From assembly GCA_965112735.1 (NCBI GenBank), contig OZ218957.1:2542001-2606000 (forward strand): DNA of 64,000 nucleotides, in the 5' to 3' direction. A program made the position numbers and the translations under genes. This DNA is from Phaeosaccion multiseriatum. Taxonomy: Eukaryota > Protista > Ochrophyta, other classes. How positions within the stretch are numbered: position 1 is the stretch's first letter; each line of letters starts with the position of its first letter. Positions 25,003 to 38,284 of this stretch are shown one piece after another. The notes under the pieces are model-generated. The model was not told the DNA's origin. It saw nothing but the letters and a program-made list of their open reading frames with translations, and searched no databases.

Positions 25003-26895
25003 GGCAGCCTGAACTGCAAGCACACAGGCCCCGTCCTTCTAAAGCTTCCTCCCCACTGCCCCCTTCCTATCGTGCTGCTGCTGAGTCCGTGGGCACTCTA
25101 CTGGGCGATGTCAGACGCTTTGCCTTTGAGAAGAACTTGATGTGCTTTCTGCTGTTGCGGTAGGGGGGGAAGGTGGAACCTCGATTTTTTTCGCGACGAC
25201 TCCTCGATACCAGCGCCAGCCGGGGGAATCCGAATCCGAGTGATACAAATGGCGACGCTGGTGTCCGCCCACAACTTTTTTCATTTTCTATATTCGACTA
25301 TATTACCCCCGTCCGCACGGTGCCGAGCTGACGCAGCAGCAGGAAGAGCACGCAATGATGTTGTGTAACGTGCACACACGGCACCCCTTGCGGCCCCCCC
25401 CCCCCCCCCCCCTTTTTTTTTTTTTTTTTTGTACTCCTGTCCGCCGTCTAACGCCGAGGGATGAGGGTCAACTCCAGCTCCAGGGTGGTAAAACGAAGTC
25501 TGAATGTCACGAATGCTCGAACCAAACCTGTACCTTGTACTCTCGGCACCGATCTCAGGGGCCAACACTACAAAGGGGGAAAGGCAGGTAATTACGACAA
25601 AAAGGCACTTCCTGTCCGACTGGTCGCCATGGAGGAGATGCTACTTCCTGTTGTGGAGGAGGAGAGGAGCGAGATTAACTCGCTGCTTCAGTCGGGCCTG
25701 CCTGCACAGATGTCTCTGTCTCTCTGGGCCCCCCTTCCCTCCCTAACGGCTGCTCCCTGCGCTGAGATGCACACTCTCTGACGGACGGAAACAAGTCCGC
25801 CCGTACCACCATCGTCACGGACGTGTTCACCATCCGCCCCGTCGCCAAGCCAGCAACCAACCTCCCCCAGAAGTAGTGTCGAGCCCCCGTCTCTCTGTCT
25901 GTCTTTCGCCTCCCCATGACAATAGCCTCGCTCCTATTGAACGCCTGCTCCAAGCAGACCACGGGATGGCACCCCACGGTGAAACAGTCCCATCTCTTCA
26001 GCAGCCCCAGTGCGTCAGTCAGGGCGAGCCCGATTCGTCAAAACAACCCCCTGCGTCCACCTTACCGGAGCAATCCCCTGACATGCCCCAACCAACGAGA
26101 CCTGTACGGGATGCGCCGAGCTCCTTTCATGCTCTCCTCGCCGTGTTTTCTCGTTACACCGCCGCTGTCCACTCACTAACTCATAGCATATCACCAACAG
26201 CCGCCCTCCCTCGAAAAGGGACGATACGAACAGATGACCCACTCCATTCGTATGTGTGTGTGCATGCGTCGCCAGTGGCCAAGTGGTGCGGAAGGAAGAC
26301 CCCTCACAGCCCCCCCCACCCCCCCCCTTCCATCCCAACCCTTTGCACCTTCGGCGCCACCCTCCCGCCTCGCCCTTGCCTTCCCAAGCAGCGAGTTCAG
26401 CCGCAAAAGAGCTGACACTTGACACCACCTCCTCCTCAGCCGCAAAAGAGCTGACACTTGACACCACCTCACCTCCTCCTCAGCGGCCGTAAGCGTCACA
26501 CTTCGCACCCGACCCTCCTCAGCGTCTGAGTCCTCCCTCGGGTATGGCCTGCTCTATCCCGGAGGCGCGCCTTTCCGCTCGATCATGCCAGCCGTACAGA
26601 GAGGGATAGTGTGCGCGTGTGTGATTGTGTGTGTGAGAGAGAGTGTGTGTGATTGTGTGTGAGAGAGGAGAGAGAGCCCAGAGGGGAGGGTCTCGTTCTG
26701 TGCCTGGACTGGCCTGGTGGGAGTGTGCTGGTTGGTAACCCCCTTTCCATGTCGTGCGTCCTCCTCCTCCTCCTCCTCCTCCTCCTCCTCTTGAGCTGGT
26801 CCGGCCCTCGCACTCGTACGTTTGGTGACTTGCCTATCGGCATACTTGCACCGCGCAGGCACAAAAAGGTGCAAGAGGGGCGCTGTATGTACCAC

Positions 26896-28317
26896 CTAAG
26901 GTGCGTGCTTCCGTCGCGTGCGCGCTTCGTAAAAGTGCTCGTACAGCACTCGGTCAAGCTCCAAACTCGCATTAAGTCTGCCCAGTACGAGGGGAGGCAA
27001 GCCCTCTGCTCGGACTGGTCCCTCAGGCTCAAACCACCTCCAAAACGCCTCGCGCCAGTGCCAGGCTCCCCCCCCACCTACGCCTCCCTCGCTGCCACTC
27101 CCGCCACCCTCCTTTCCGCCGCCCATCTCTGCTGCTGGTGCTGGTGCTGCTGGTGCTGCTGCTGCTGCCCTGGGGCGCCCCTCCAGCTGCTCCAAGCTGT
27201 TCTCTCGAGTGGTTGGGGCCAACTCGGGCCTGAGGAGCGACGAGTGCTCAGTAGAAAGGAACTCAATGGTCTCCTCCACGTGCTCTGTAAAGCCCACCTT
27301 TGGGGGGTCGGATACCCAATGACAAGAGGCAGGGGAAAGGAGGTTCGGGGGGGTAAGCTCCTTGCGGTCCGGCCAGGCCAGGCCAGGAAGAACAAGTAGA
27401 GGGGGGTATAGGCACAGCTCCCGTTAGCGCTCCTGCACCACTGAGCGGCACACAGCTTCAGGCGCTCAGCTCAGTACTAATCACACACACATACACACAC
27501 ACACATACACACACATACACACACACACACTCACCCAGTCGAGGATGCCGTCCATCGTGTCTGTCACAACCGCCAGATGGTCTGTGCCCACCGCCGTCCA
27601 TCCACTCCCATCCTCCCCCCCCTCCTCCTCCTTGCCCCCCCAGGACCCGTCCCAGCCGCGCACGAGGTATGACAGCTGAGGATTGGGCCTCTGCCTCAGC
27701 CCCTGCACGAAGGAGGTAGTGCTTCGAGGGGCGAGCTTGCCCCCCGGGCAGCGGATATCTCCGTTCAAAGCGAACCTTCGTGTTTACAACGCGCGAAAGA
27801 AGTGAGTGTTGGTTTCAGCCTGCTTTGCGCTTGATTTCTGCCCTGCCCTCGTCCTCTCCAGTCCCCCCCCTCGCACCCCCCCTCCCCTCCCTTACTCACC
27901 TCCAGTGGCCACACACGTAATTATAGGCACTAATTGCCTGCGGCAGCGGCTGCCTGAGCATGGAGAATGCCGTGACCTTGCACTCTGGCCTCGCTGCCCT
28001 GAGCCTCGCAATGCCGGGTGCAGCCTCCGAGACTGAGGGCGCCTCCCCTGCGTGAATGTGAAACACATAGTGACTGTTCAGCAGACCTCTGGCCATCCGG
28101 CCGTAGCTGTCTACCCACTCGGCGTGGGAGGAGATCCGCCGGTATCGCAGCGCGGGCTCGTGGGCCTTGAGAAAGCGAAGGAGCGTCTGACCGCCCGTCT
28201 TGGGGACGTGAAAGAAGATGATTGCGCTACAGGCCTCCACCTCTGCCGCGGGAGGCGTCCAGTTCTGCCCTCCTCCTCCTCCTCCTCCTCCTCCTCCTCC
28301 TCCTCCTCCTCCTCCTC

Positions 28318-28356
<39 letters not shown>

Positions 28357-28468
28357 CTGCTGCTGCGGAAGGAACAGGGGGTGATGGCTTGAACTGCAGC
28401 CATACGGTAACAGCGACGCAGAGCACGGCTACCACGCTGTTGATCCAAAACTCAGATGTTCTAGGCAT
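26896..28468 (-). CDS. Membrane-anchored sulfotransferase-family protein, about 3 exons
   Basis: N-terminal TM (SVVAVLCVAVTVWL), 5'-PSB-like FFHVPKTGGQT, 3'-PB-like MLRQPLPQAISAYNY, C-terminal VGFTE...LDRVLYE. Confidence 0.75.
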
Positions 28469-28918
28469 TTTGGCGAAAGAGTCTTTCCATTAGCCCTTTT
28501 CGCTCTTGTCGCGAGCCATCCAGGGAAGCGGCATCACCAGCAGAAGCGTGAGGCAGTAGGGGAGCTGGGAAGCGTGTAGTCGAAGAGAAAGAGCGAGAGA
28601 GAGAGAGAAGGAGAGAGAGGAGGAGAGGACTTTATTGACTTAATAGGAATCACCTAAGAAACTGAAAGTGTGGGAGTACCTGGTGTCAACGTACAGTTTC
28701 GCCGTCTGCGGACAACCCCTTCCTTTGGTAGGGGCAAGTCCTTTTCTCTTGGGCATCGAGGCAGTCAACCATGATTCAGGCTGGGCAGGGAGAGCACAAC
28801 CACAAGAAGCTCCTCTCTGATCTGGGGGAGCTTCAGAAGGTAAATAGGAAGCTGTTCATCTCACCAGGTCGGATCCTTCTTTGACTCTTCATCCCTTTCG
28901 CCCCTCCTGCGCCAGACC

Positions 28919-29993
28919 ATGACCCCAGACGCGATTTGCGCTCGCCTCCACCACCTGCACATGGAAGAGGGAGTTGACATCTTCGCGGTGCTGTGCACGG
29001 ACCTGCACAGCGTGGTCAGGCAGGGCGACGTCCGAAGCTTGAGGTTAGTCCGTGAGAGTGCCCGAGGGGATGGTGAACCACGGGCGGCGGGGGGCAAGCG
29101 GGCGTTTTTCATGTAAAATAGGCTGCTGAGACCTACTCTACGCCTTGACTTATTCCAGTGCCCTTCTGCTTCGTCCCAACCCCGAAAAAAGACTCTTCCT
29201 TTCGGATGAAAAGGTCCCCAAGAATGAGAAGGATGACCACGGCGACACAGCTCTGTCTGTGGCGGCGTTGCTGGGCATGCCCATCATGGCCGACGAGCTG
29301 CTCCTGCACGGCTGCGAGAAGGACACTAAGAATAATAAAGGTTGGACTCCTACGCACTGCGCGGCCTCGCGCAATCACGTGCGCATCCTGGAGGTGCTCC
29401 ACAAGCACGGCTCAGACATGAACAGGGGGGACAAGACGGTAAGTAGGAGGGATGGACAGGGATACAGCAGTATTGAAAGTGAGAGAAGCAGAAGCCATAC
29501 TGTACATGAGCAGGGGCGATAAACGGTACGAAAGTGCGTAAGTAAGTCATGGACATGAGCAGGAGCGGTAAGACGGTAAGAGGAACAAGGCTATTATATT
29601 ACTTCGTAGTATTAGACAACAGGTGTGCGGTACTGGCAGCAGCACCGCACTTACTGACGGTCGGCTGTCGGCTGGCTTCATCCATCGGCTCTTTCTGGCT
29701 TTTACTTTTTTCGTGCATGCCACCACCCTCTCATTGCCTCCCTCGCTGCTCCTGCTTCTTCTTGGGACGACCACGACAACGACGACGCCTCCCCAGGGCG
29801 TGACCCCTGTCCACTTGGCCGCTCAAGCCAACAGCATGGAGGCCCTACAGCTCCTCTTCGACATGCACGATGGAGACCTGGAAGTGGTGAGCGCTGAGAC
29901 CAACAGCGGTGTCACCCCCGCACACATCGCCGCCGCAGCTGACAACCCCGACATCCTCCGCTGCCTGCAACGAATGGGCGTAGACCTCGGTGC

Positions 29994-30026
<33 letters not shown>

Positions 30027-30197
30027 CTTGGCACCTGAGGTGGAGCCCTAACCATTGCCCTGAGCCTGAGTCTGAGCTTCCCGGCCGACCCTGACCCCGA
30101 CCCTCTGGCCTTGACCCCGACCCTGACCCCGAACCTCACCCTCACCCTCACCCTCACCCTCACCCCTACCCTCACCCTCACCCTCACCCTCACCCTT

Positions 30198-30241
<44 letters not shown>

Positions 30242-30245
30242 CCCT

Positions 30246-30289
<44 letters not shown>

Positions 30290-30493
30290 CCCCACCCCCA
30301 CCCTGGTGGCCATATAGAGACACGAGACAGAGGAGGAGACACACCGGCGCACAAGGCTGCTCGCTTCAACCACGTGGAGGCCATTGAGTATCTGCAGTCG
30401 GTCGGGGTGGACATGAACGTCCCTAACAACGAAGACGACACCGCACTCGATCTGATGAACATGAGTGGAAGGTACGACTTCGCCGGCCTGTGA
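28919..30493 (+). CDS. Ankyrin-repeat protein, 4 exons
   Basis: Repeats GDTALSVAA, GWTPTHCAA, GVTPVHLAA, GVTPAHIAA, GDTPAHKAA and DTALDL separated by GT-AG introns; stop TGA at 30491-30493. Confidence 0.85.
30100..30304 (+). repeat. (CCCTCA)n intronic hexamer tract
   Basis: Directly visible just upstream of the acceptor of ankyrin intron 3. A second tract lies at about 35790-36125 in a TLK intron. Confidence 0.95.
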
Positions 30494-32062
30494 ATCAATC
30501 GCCTTCACTATAGGCTTCGCTAGGTGTAGTATCCAGTTCGAGGCAGCGAGAGGGATCGGAGGTACGACTTTGCTGGCCTTTGAATCGACTTTGCTGGGCT
30601 GTGAGCAGTCCAACTGCGACTTGAATGGGTTTGGGTAACCGTTAGGCCTCAGTCCGAGGCGGCGGCAGCGAGAGAATCGAGGCCACAATCACCGCCAGCG
30701 CCGCGCCGGTTTTACTTTTGTGCTTCAAAAAGCGCATGCGGAAGAGCACGTCAGGGCGTTGCGACACGTTCCGAAAGAGTCAGCTCCCTCGACCCAGGGC
30801 CAGCTCAGCCAACAGAGAAAGGAGATCGCGGGGTGAGGCTGGGCTGAAAAGGAGCAGAAGCAGGAACCCACCTCACGCCCATCTGACGGTCTGAGCGTTG
30901 GGCACTTCGATCGGGTTGCGGGCGGTCAGACTGGCGTTACGCCTTACAGGCATGAGTTGCTGGACATGATTGCTGCCTTGACGTTCGGGAGATGCGTGAC
31001 TTGCTGAGTCACTTGCTTATTGCGCCCTACAGCAGTCCAAGGCTAGAGACGCGTGGGGGAGTCCCACGCTCTCTTGACCACCATCGGTCCCAGTACTTCT
31101 AGGGCGCACCTACCGCGGCGTGTGCGTGTGTGCGTGTGTGCGTGCGTGTGTGTGTGTGTGTGCGTGTACGCTTCCTTTTGGTAAAGCTTCGCCGTGGACG
31201 CGTTGGAAAAGAGAAAAGGCGCCACATGGAGTGGCAGGGGGCTTGGAGAAGCCTCGAATACAATCGCTCTCGTGAGGAGCGAAGACCGCAAGGGAGGGAA
31301 GGAGGAAGACAGGGAGGGGTGCAGCGCAACGAACGGTCCAGAAAACAGGACAGGGGGAAATGACGGGACGGATGGTCTGGTGGTCACGAAGAGCTGAGCC
31401 CCCTCACCCGTCGCTCGCTCCCTCCTCTTCGCTGGATCTTATTTCGGTTGACTTGTAATGCCCGCCCGCTCCCCCGCTCCGCCACATGGTGACCATGGGA
31501 GAAGGAGCAGCCAAGACGATGAAAGACGAAGGACTCAAGCCAGGATGAGGGATGAATCGTGCTCGACATCGAGGAAGGTAGTATATAGGTCTGTAGGAAG
31601 AAGAAGGAAGGGAAAAAAGGGGGGAACAATCCACAATCCAGTTTCAGCTTCAGTTTGAACCCTTTCTGAATTTCCAATTGACAGCTCATTGGCCCTCGTT
31701 TTGAATTTCGAGTGCACGGTACAAACACAGAGAGAGCAAGAGGCAGGACAAGCAGCACACAGGGGATACGGAGAGCACGTTCGCGAGGGTCATGAAGATC
31801 ATGAAGTGGAGAAGAGGGCAGGGTGTGTAGGCGTGGATGGTGAGGAGGTTTTCCCTTTGACCGGGCTCTCCTCCCTCTCCTTCCCTTTTCCAAAAGGGCA
31901 TTCACTCTAGCGGGAAAGGAGGCAAGGAAGGGGGTAGCGGAAGCTCACAGAGGTCAGAGGTGGAAGGCAGCGGCCGCAGGAGCTAAAGCCCGCCTAAGAT
32001 ACGGGGGCATCAGCAGCCAGCCAGAGGAGATTTTTGGAAGCACCAGCACCACCTGCAATTAA

Positions 32063-33064
32063 ATGAGAGAGATGGAGCTCAAGAGCGCGGAGGGCTACCC
32101 CGCCGTCGTGGTGAAGGACGAGAAGACGATTCGCAAGATCCACCTCTTGGAGGCTAGGATGCTGGGGGAGCCTGCGGACAACAACTCGTATGACGTCTCA
32201 TCTTCACCCCTCTCCGTCATTGAAGAGCAGCAGGCGGTAGTAGCAGCTGCAGCAACACCAGGGGGCGGGGGGGATGGGGTGAGGGCCCTGCATGGGGGGA
32301 GAGTGGGGGGCGGTAGCGGCGGAATCGGTGGTGTGGGCGGGGGCAGCCAGGGAAGCCGGGGCAGTCGCAGCGGAAGTCAGAGCAGAGGCAGTGACGGCAC
32401 CAGCACGATTGGCTTTGGGGCGGGGGCCATCGTCCTGGGGGGGCCCACCAAGGAAGCCATGATGGGGGGAGGAGCCTCTTTGCAGGTCCTGCACCCCCAG
32501 CAGCAGGGGCGGGAGGGTCTGGAAGGGAGCAGAGGGGAAAGCGACGCACCGGGAGGGTATGGGTCGGCACACGCCCCTTCCCCATCGGCGTCTCCGTCTG
32601 CTGGGAAACGTAAAGCAAAGGCGGCACCGGCGTACGAGCAGCATATGCCTCACTCCCGCTCTCCTCCTCCTCCTCCTCCTCCTCCTGCTCCTCCTGCTCC
32701 AGCTGCTGGCGGGGGAGGGGCTGGCGGCGACGGCAGGGGTGCTACTGCCCAACAGACTGCAGGAAAGCGACAGAGGATATCCAGCTCGAGCCACGGCGGG
32801 CACAACCATGGGGGGAACAGTCGCGGGTCGCACAGTCAAAGCGGTAGCACTCTCTTTGACGGCAGCAGCAGCAGCAGCAACAGGGCCCAAGGCAGCGGGC
32901 CACTGCATGGAAGCCTCTCGAGCAACAGAGTAGCGGGTGGTGGAGGCAACCATCCATTTCCTCCTGGGTCTCCCTCCTCCGTTGTCAGCCTCTCTACCGT
33001 CAACACGCCGGAAAGGCGTGCTTTCGGCAAAGGCGGGCACAGCAACAGCAGCAGGGGAGCCTCC

Positions 33065-33095
<31 letters not shown>

Positions 33096-35832
33096 GAGGA
33101 GGAGGAGGAGGAGGAGGAGGAGGAGGAGGAGGAGGAGGAGGAGGAGGAGGAGGAGGAGGGCAGAACTGGACGCCTCCCGCGGCAGGGCGACGAGGAGGAG
33201 GGAGCCGACTGGGCAGCAAAGTGGGGGCCGCCGTCACTACTCCTAGGTCCAACTCGAACCACGGCCGAGCCTCCCCAGGAACCAAGCGAGGTCACCCCAC
33301 CCCTCCTCCCTCCTCCGGCGGAGAGAACAACAAAAACGACAACAACAGCCAGAGCAACAACAACAGCAACAACAGTAACAACAGCACCACCACCACCACC
33401 ACTAACAACAACAACAACCACAACCACAACAACAACCACAACAACAACAACCACAACAGCAGTAGCAACAACCACAACACGGGGCCGAGTGCTGGGCCCA
33501 AGCATAAGCACCGCTCCATCAAGGCCTACTTCTGGAAGGAGACCTCTGCTGCTTCTGGCGGGCCGGCCGCAGGAGGGGCGGGGCTTTCTTCGCCCAAGAG
33601 AGGAGCTGTCGCAGCAGCAAGTGGTGGTGGCGGTGGTGGAAACTCGGCGCAGGCGAACGGCGGCGGCGGTGGTGAAGGAGGGCATGGAGGGGGCGAAGGA
33701 GGAGGAGGAGGAGGAGGAGGAGGAGGAGGAGGAGGAGGAGGTCAGCTGCAGCATCATCGGCACTCTGCAGATCAGTCTACGATGGAGGACCACTTTGCAA
33801 GCCACGCCGTCGCCAACGGTGGGGCAGGGGCAGCAGCGGATGGGGGGCCGGGAGGGGTGGGAGGGGTCGGGGGACCAACTCTGAAGGGCATCAAGGCACA
33901 GCTGTTGGAAGCACAAGGGACCGTCGCCAGACTGTCAGAGGAGCTCGAGAGGGTCAAGACAGCCAAGGACGAGAACGCAGAGGCCATCCTTGAGGCCCTC
34001 AGGGTGAGTGGGGATGCTTGAGTAAAGTACTTGGTGTCAAGGAGAGTAGAGTACTTGGTGTGAGGGGATTGACGTGTATTGGGTCAGGGATGGAGATGGG
34101 GGTGGAGAAGGGTGGGGCTGCATCGCCATCCACCGTCGTTTTATATCATTTGTGTTGTTCTTGGTACAGTAAGAGAAACACTTCCCTCGTCGGTCTGATC
34201 ACACCACCCCCGAATCACCAAAGCGTTTTGCTTTTCTTTGCACCCCCCGTTTGTCTTCATTTGATGATGATGATGATGATGATAGACTGAGCTGCGCAAG
34301 AAGGGTGAGGAGCAAGCGGAGGGAGAGCGGGTGAGGCTCGATCGGCAGCAGGCCGTCACCCATCTGCTAGAGGCATTGCTCAGAGCCAAGGCACTCAGGG
34401 AGGCCAGAGAGTGCCGTGCCAGGCTAGAGAAGCAGTCATTCGAGATCGGCCAAGTTGTCCTATCGAGGGTGGGGCATCATACGCAGGAGGTGTGGGAGGA
34501 CGGGCAGCGGGCCAAGGAGCTTCAGCGCAAGTCAGGGGTTCTGTTGGCGAGGAAAGAGGCTCTTGATGGAAGGAAGAAGGCGCTGTCGAAGGCCAATCGA
34601 GGCTCTGCGGCGCAGCAAGCGGCTTTCTTTGATGGGGAGCTTGGATTGGTGCAAGAGGAGGAGACCATTAAGTATCATGCGTTGCTGCTCAAGAAGGAGG
34701 AAGCGGCATTAGCCCAGGAGAAGAGGGAGCTTGAGGAGTGCAAGGTGTGTGGTGGGTGGAGGGGACGAGACGGGACGGGAGGGGACGGGATGGGGGGGGG
34801 GGGGAGGGGAGAGGAAGGGAGAGGGGAGAGGAGAGGAGAAGAGAGGGAAGGGTCGACGAGGCGGGGAGGGGAGGGGAGGGGAGGGGAACTGCGAGAGGAG
34901 GGGAGAGGAGGGGAGAGGAGAAGATACCGGGGGCCGTTGCTATCTTCCTGCTCCTCTTGTGCCAAGTAGGCCACAGGAAGGGAGGCCGGCACACACAGCT
35001 TCGCTCTTTGCCTGCTGTCCCTCCCCCCCGCCCCGCCCTGCCGGACGGAGACCAAGCAAGGGAATGAAGAAACGAATGAGTACTTACACACACGCCAGTA
35101 CGGTTAGTTGCTCATCCCCTCCTTCCCTCCCTCCGTCCCCCGCCCCTCTCCCCTCCACATCTTCCTCTGTATGTCGGTTTGTCTCCCCCGACATGTGTGT
35201 GTGGTACCGTTCTTTGTGATGATTGCTGATGCTGCTCAGGTGGAGCACATTCGAGAGGTGCGCCGTTTCCAAAACGAAGAGCGCAGCCCTCATAGCAAGC
35301 GGCCCATGATGAACGGGCGTTACCTCCTCCTGTCGTTGCTGGGCAGGGGGGGGTTCTCTGAGGTGTGGCTGGCCTTTGACATGATTGACCTCCGGGAGGT
35401 TGCGGTCAAGGTACATCAGCTCAACAACCAGTGGCCCCAGCAAAAGAGAGACGGCTACGTTCGACACGCTACCAGAGAGGCACAGATTCACCAGACGCTG
35501 CGGCATCCTCGCGTGGTGGGGTTGCTCGATGTGTTTGAGATCAATCTCGAATCTTTTGCGACGGTGTTGGAGTATTGTCGAGGGACGGATTTGGAGGTGC
35601 ATTTGCGCAAGTACAAGTCGTTTCCCGAGAAGGAGGCCAAGCCTCTGCTGCTGCAGGTGATGTATTGTTGGACGATCGTTGATGATGATGGTGATGGAGG
35701 GAGAGACGGGGGGGAGGGTGAGGAAGGGAGGGATACGCGCACGGAGGATAAGTCGCTTGCCCGTTGCCCCCGGACCCTGGCCCTGCCTTTCACCCTTACC
35801 CTCACCCCTCACCCCACCCCCACTCTTACTCT

Positions 35833-35865
<33 letters not shown>

Positions 35866-35910
35866 CCCCACTCCCACCCTCACCCTCACCCTCACCCCCA
35901 CTCCCACTCT

Positions 35911-35955
<45 letters not shown>

Positions 35956-36002
35956 CCCACACCCTCACCCTCACCCACACCCTCACCCTCACCCTCACCC
36001 CT

Positions 36003-36050
<48 letters not shown>

Positions 36051-36089
36051 CCCCTCACCCCACACCCTCACCCTCACCCTCACCCTCAC

Positions 36090-36126
<37 letters not shown>

Positions 36127-36314
36127 ACCCTTGCCCCTGACCTTTTGTCCTGCGGCAGATGATGTGCGGCCTGCGCTACCTCAACACTCCCCAGGGGGGC
36201 GAAGGCTCTGGCAACCCGCGGCGCACGGCGGTGATCCACTACGACCTCAAGCCTGGCAACATCCTCCTCGACGAGGAGGGAAACGTCAAGATCACAGACT
36301 TTGGTCTCAGTAAG

Positions 36315-36375
<61 letters not shown>

Positions 36376-37082
36376 TGTGTGCTTGTGCATGTACACGTGC
36401 ATGTGTTCCTTTTGTAGTGTGGGCGCGCGGCTCTGCAAAGTGTGGAGGGTCTGATGACATGTGGTGACGGTTCTGCTCGCGTATTGGCCCTTGCCGCCCA
36501 CCCCACTCCACCCCACCCCACCCTCTGTCCTGACACACACCCACACCCTCCCTGACCCTCCCCCTCCCACCCCGGCCCCCACCCACTGCCATACTCCAGA
36601 TCATGGGCGACTCCACTGACACGTGCGCAACGAGCCTGGAGCTCACCTCCCAAGGCGCGGGCACCTACTGGTACCTTCCTCCCGAGTGCTTCATGACGGG
36701 AAGCTCTCCTCCGCGCATCTCGTCCAAAGTAGACGTGTGGTCGGTGGGGGTGATTTACTACCAGCTCCTCTTCGGCTGTCGGCCCTTCGGGGAGGGGCAG
36801 TCTCAGGAACACATCTTCGCGCAGCGGACCATCCTGTGCGCACAGGCGGTGGAGTTTCCCGCCAAGTCGAGCAACGTGTCCGAGGAGGCCAAGGCGTTTA
36901 TTCAGACGTGTCTCACGCACAACCAGGCAGACCGCCCAGATATGCTCAGCCTCTGCTCGCACCCTTACCTCAAGAGCACCACGGGGAAGCGGGGAAGCTC
37001 GAGTAGTAGTGGTGGTGGTGGTGGTGGTGGTGGTGGAGGAGGAGGAGGAGGAGCAGCAGGAGGAGCAGGAGGAGGGAGCTAA
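32063..37082 (+). CDS. TLK: Tousled-like Ser/Thr kinase, 5 exons
   Basis: Exons approx 32063-34002, 34286-34744, 35240-35656, 36159-36314, 36600-37082. LLEAR N-terminal motif, coiled coil, [68 protein letters not shown]. Confidence 0.95.
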
Positions 37083-37654
37083 GAGGATGGGCTATAGCCT
37101 GCTCTGTGTATTTCACCTTCTTTTTGTGCTCCCCGTGTCGCCTGCTTCGCTCCGCCTTGTTGAAAGCCCCTGTTTACCGTTTACCCTCTCTCTCGTGGCA
37201 CCCCCACCCGGGATTGTTGCGGAGCGTGTCTAGTGCCATCTATATATCCTCACCATCTAGTGCCATCTATATCTGCCACATATGCCTCCCGACTGTAAAG
37301 CGCTCAATACAAACCTGATATGTACCTGTAAGGACTACGCGTGAGCTCTTGGTTGTCTTGTTTGTTTTGGGGGCCTTATGTGGGGGAGGCTTCCCTGCCG
37401 CCTTGGCTTAGGGCGTTTTGCTTCAGACAGTTCAAATCAGTCCGCGACAGTCACGTCTATCAGTGGAACAGTGCGGCGGGCACATGGGGGCAGGACAGGG
37501 ACACGTACCAACAGGCCGCACTCTAAAACCTCCTCCTTTTTTCTTATTATTATTCTTACTTCATACTTCAGTAAAAGTTACTATATATTATATATATGAA
37601 GTATTAATCCAGAGTGGTCTTGCGCACCCAGTGAGTGAGTGGTAAGAGTGGTAA

Positions 37655-38270
37655 GCGTCTCTGGAGATCAAAGTAGAAGGCTTTCTTGTCGTCCTCAGTC
37701 TTACCTCCGATGTCGAAACGCTGCTCGAGACTGATGTGACGAGTGGGTCAGCTGTGTCATCCTCGGTAGCCTCTGCCAACAGTTCTTCAGCGGACAGGGT
37801 GGCCATCCCCAAGACTGAGGATGCCCTTCTCACCAGTCTCGAGCAGCGTTTCGACATCGGAGGTAAGACTGAGGGCGATAAGAAAGCCTTCTACTTTGAT
37901 CTCCAGAGACGCGTTACACTAAGGGCGTCCTCAGTCTTGGGGGTGGCCTCGAAAGCCATGCCCATGAGTGTGGCGGCGTCGAAAGAAGCGCCCATCCGTC
38001 CGAGGCGCGTCTGAAGCTGGTTCACCTGAGTAAAATACTCATTGGGGTTGGACCGCATGTCCATCTTGCAGGACAGAAGGGCCCGCATGGTTGTCGCGAG
38101 GGTGAACAGGCTGACTTGGTCATTGACATCAAGCAGAGCCTTTCATGCCTTGGCCGCATCGCCCCGGGGGAAAGTATCCGATATTATGGTGGTGGTCCGT
38201 CGAAACAAGGACGCACTGCCCTTGACGGTCTCACCAATACTCGTGCTCATGTCTGAAGCGTATTGGCATC
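37655..38270 (-). mobile_element. Degenerate Copia-like gag (UBN2-type) relic with internal inverted duplications
   Basis: Minus frame reads GDAAKA*KALLDVNDQVSLFTLATTMRALLSCKMDMRSNPNEYFTQVNQLQTRLGRMG..EATPKTEDAL, with a stop where gag usually has W. Inverted repeats 37655-37733/37834-37912 and 37801-37828/37921-37948. Confidence 0.6.
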
Positions 38271-38284
38271 CCGCGACAGTGCCA

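Noticed and set aside
26398-26483. 39-bp direct repeat resembling a CRISPR or guide array
   Set aside because: A simple head-to-tail duplication with no spacers; no repeat-spacer array is visible anywhere in the window.
35790-36125. (CCCTCA)n as a telomere or chromosome-fusion scar
   Set aside because: Both tracts are internal to ordinary introns next to acceptors and differ from CCCTAA; the genes are intact across them.
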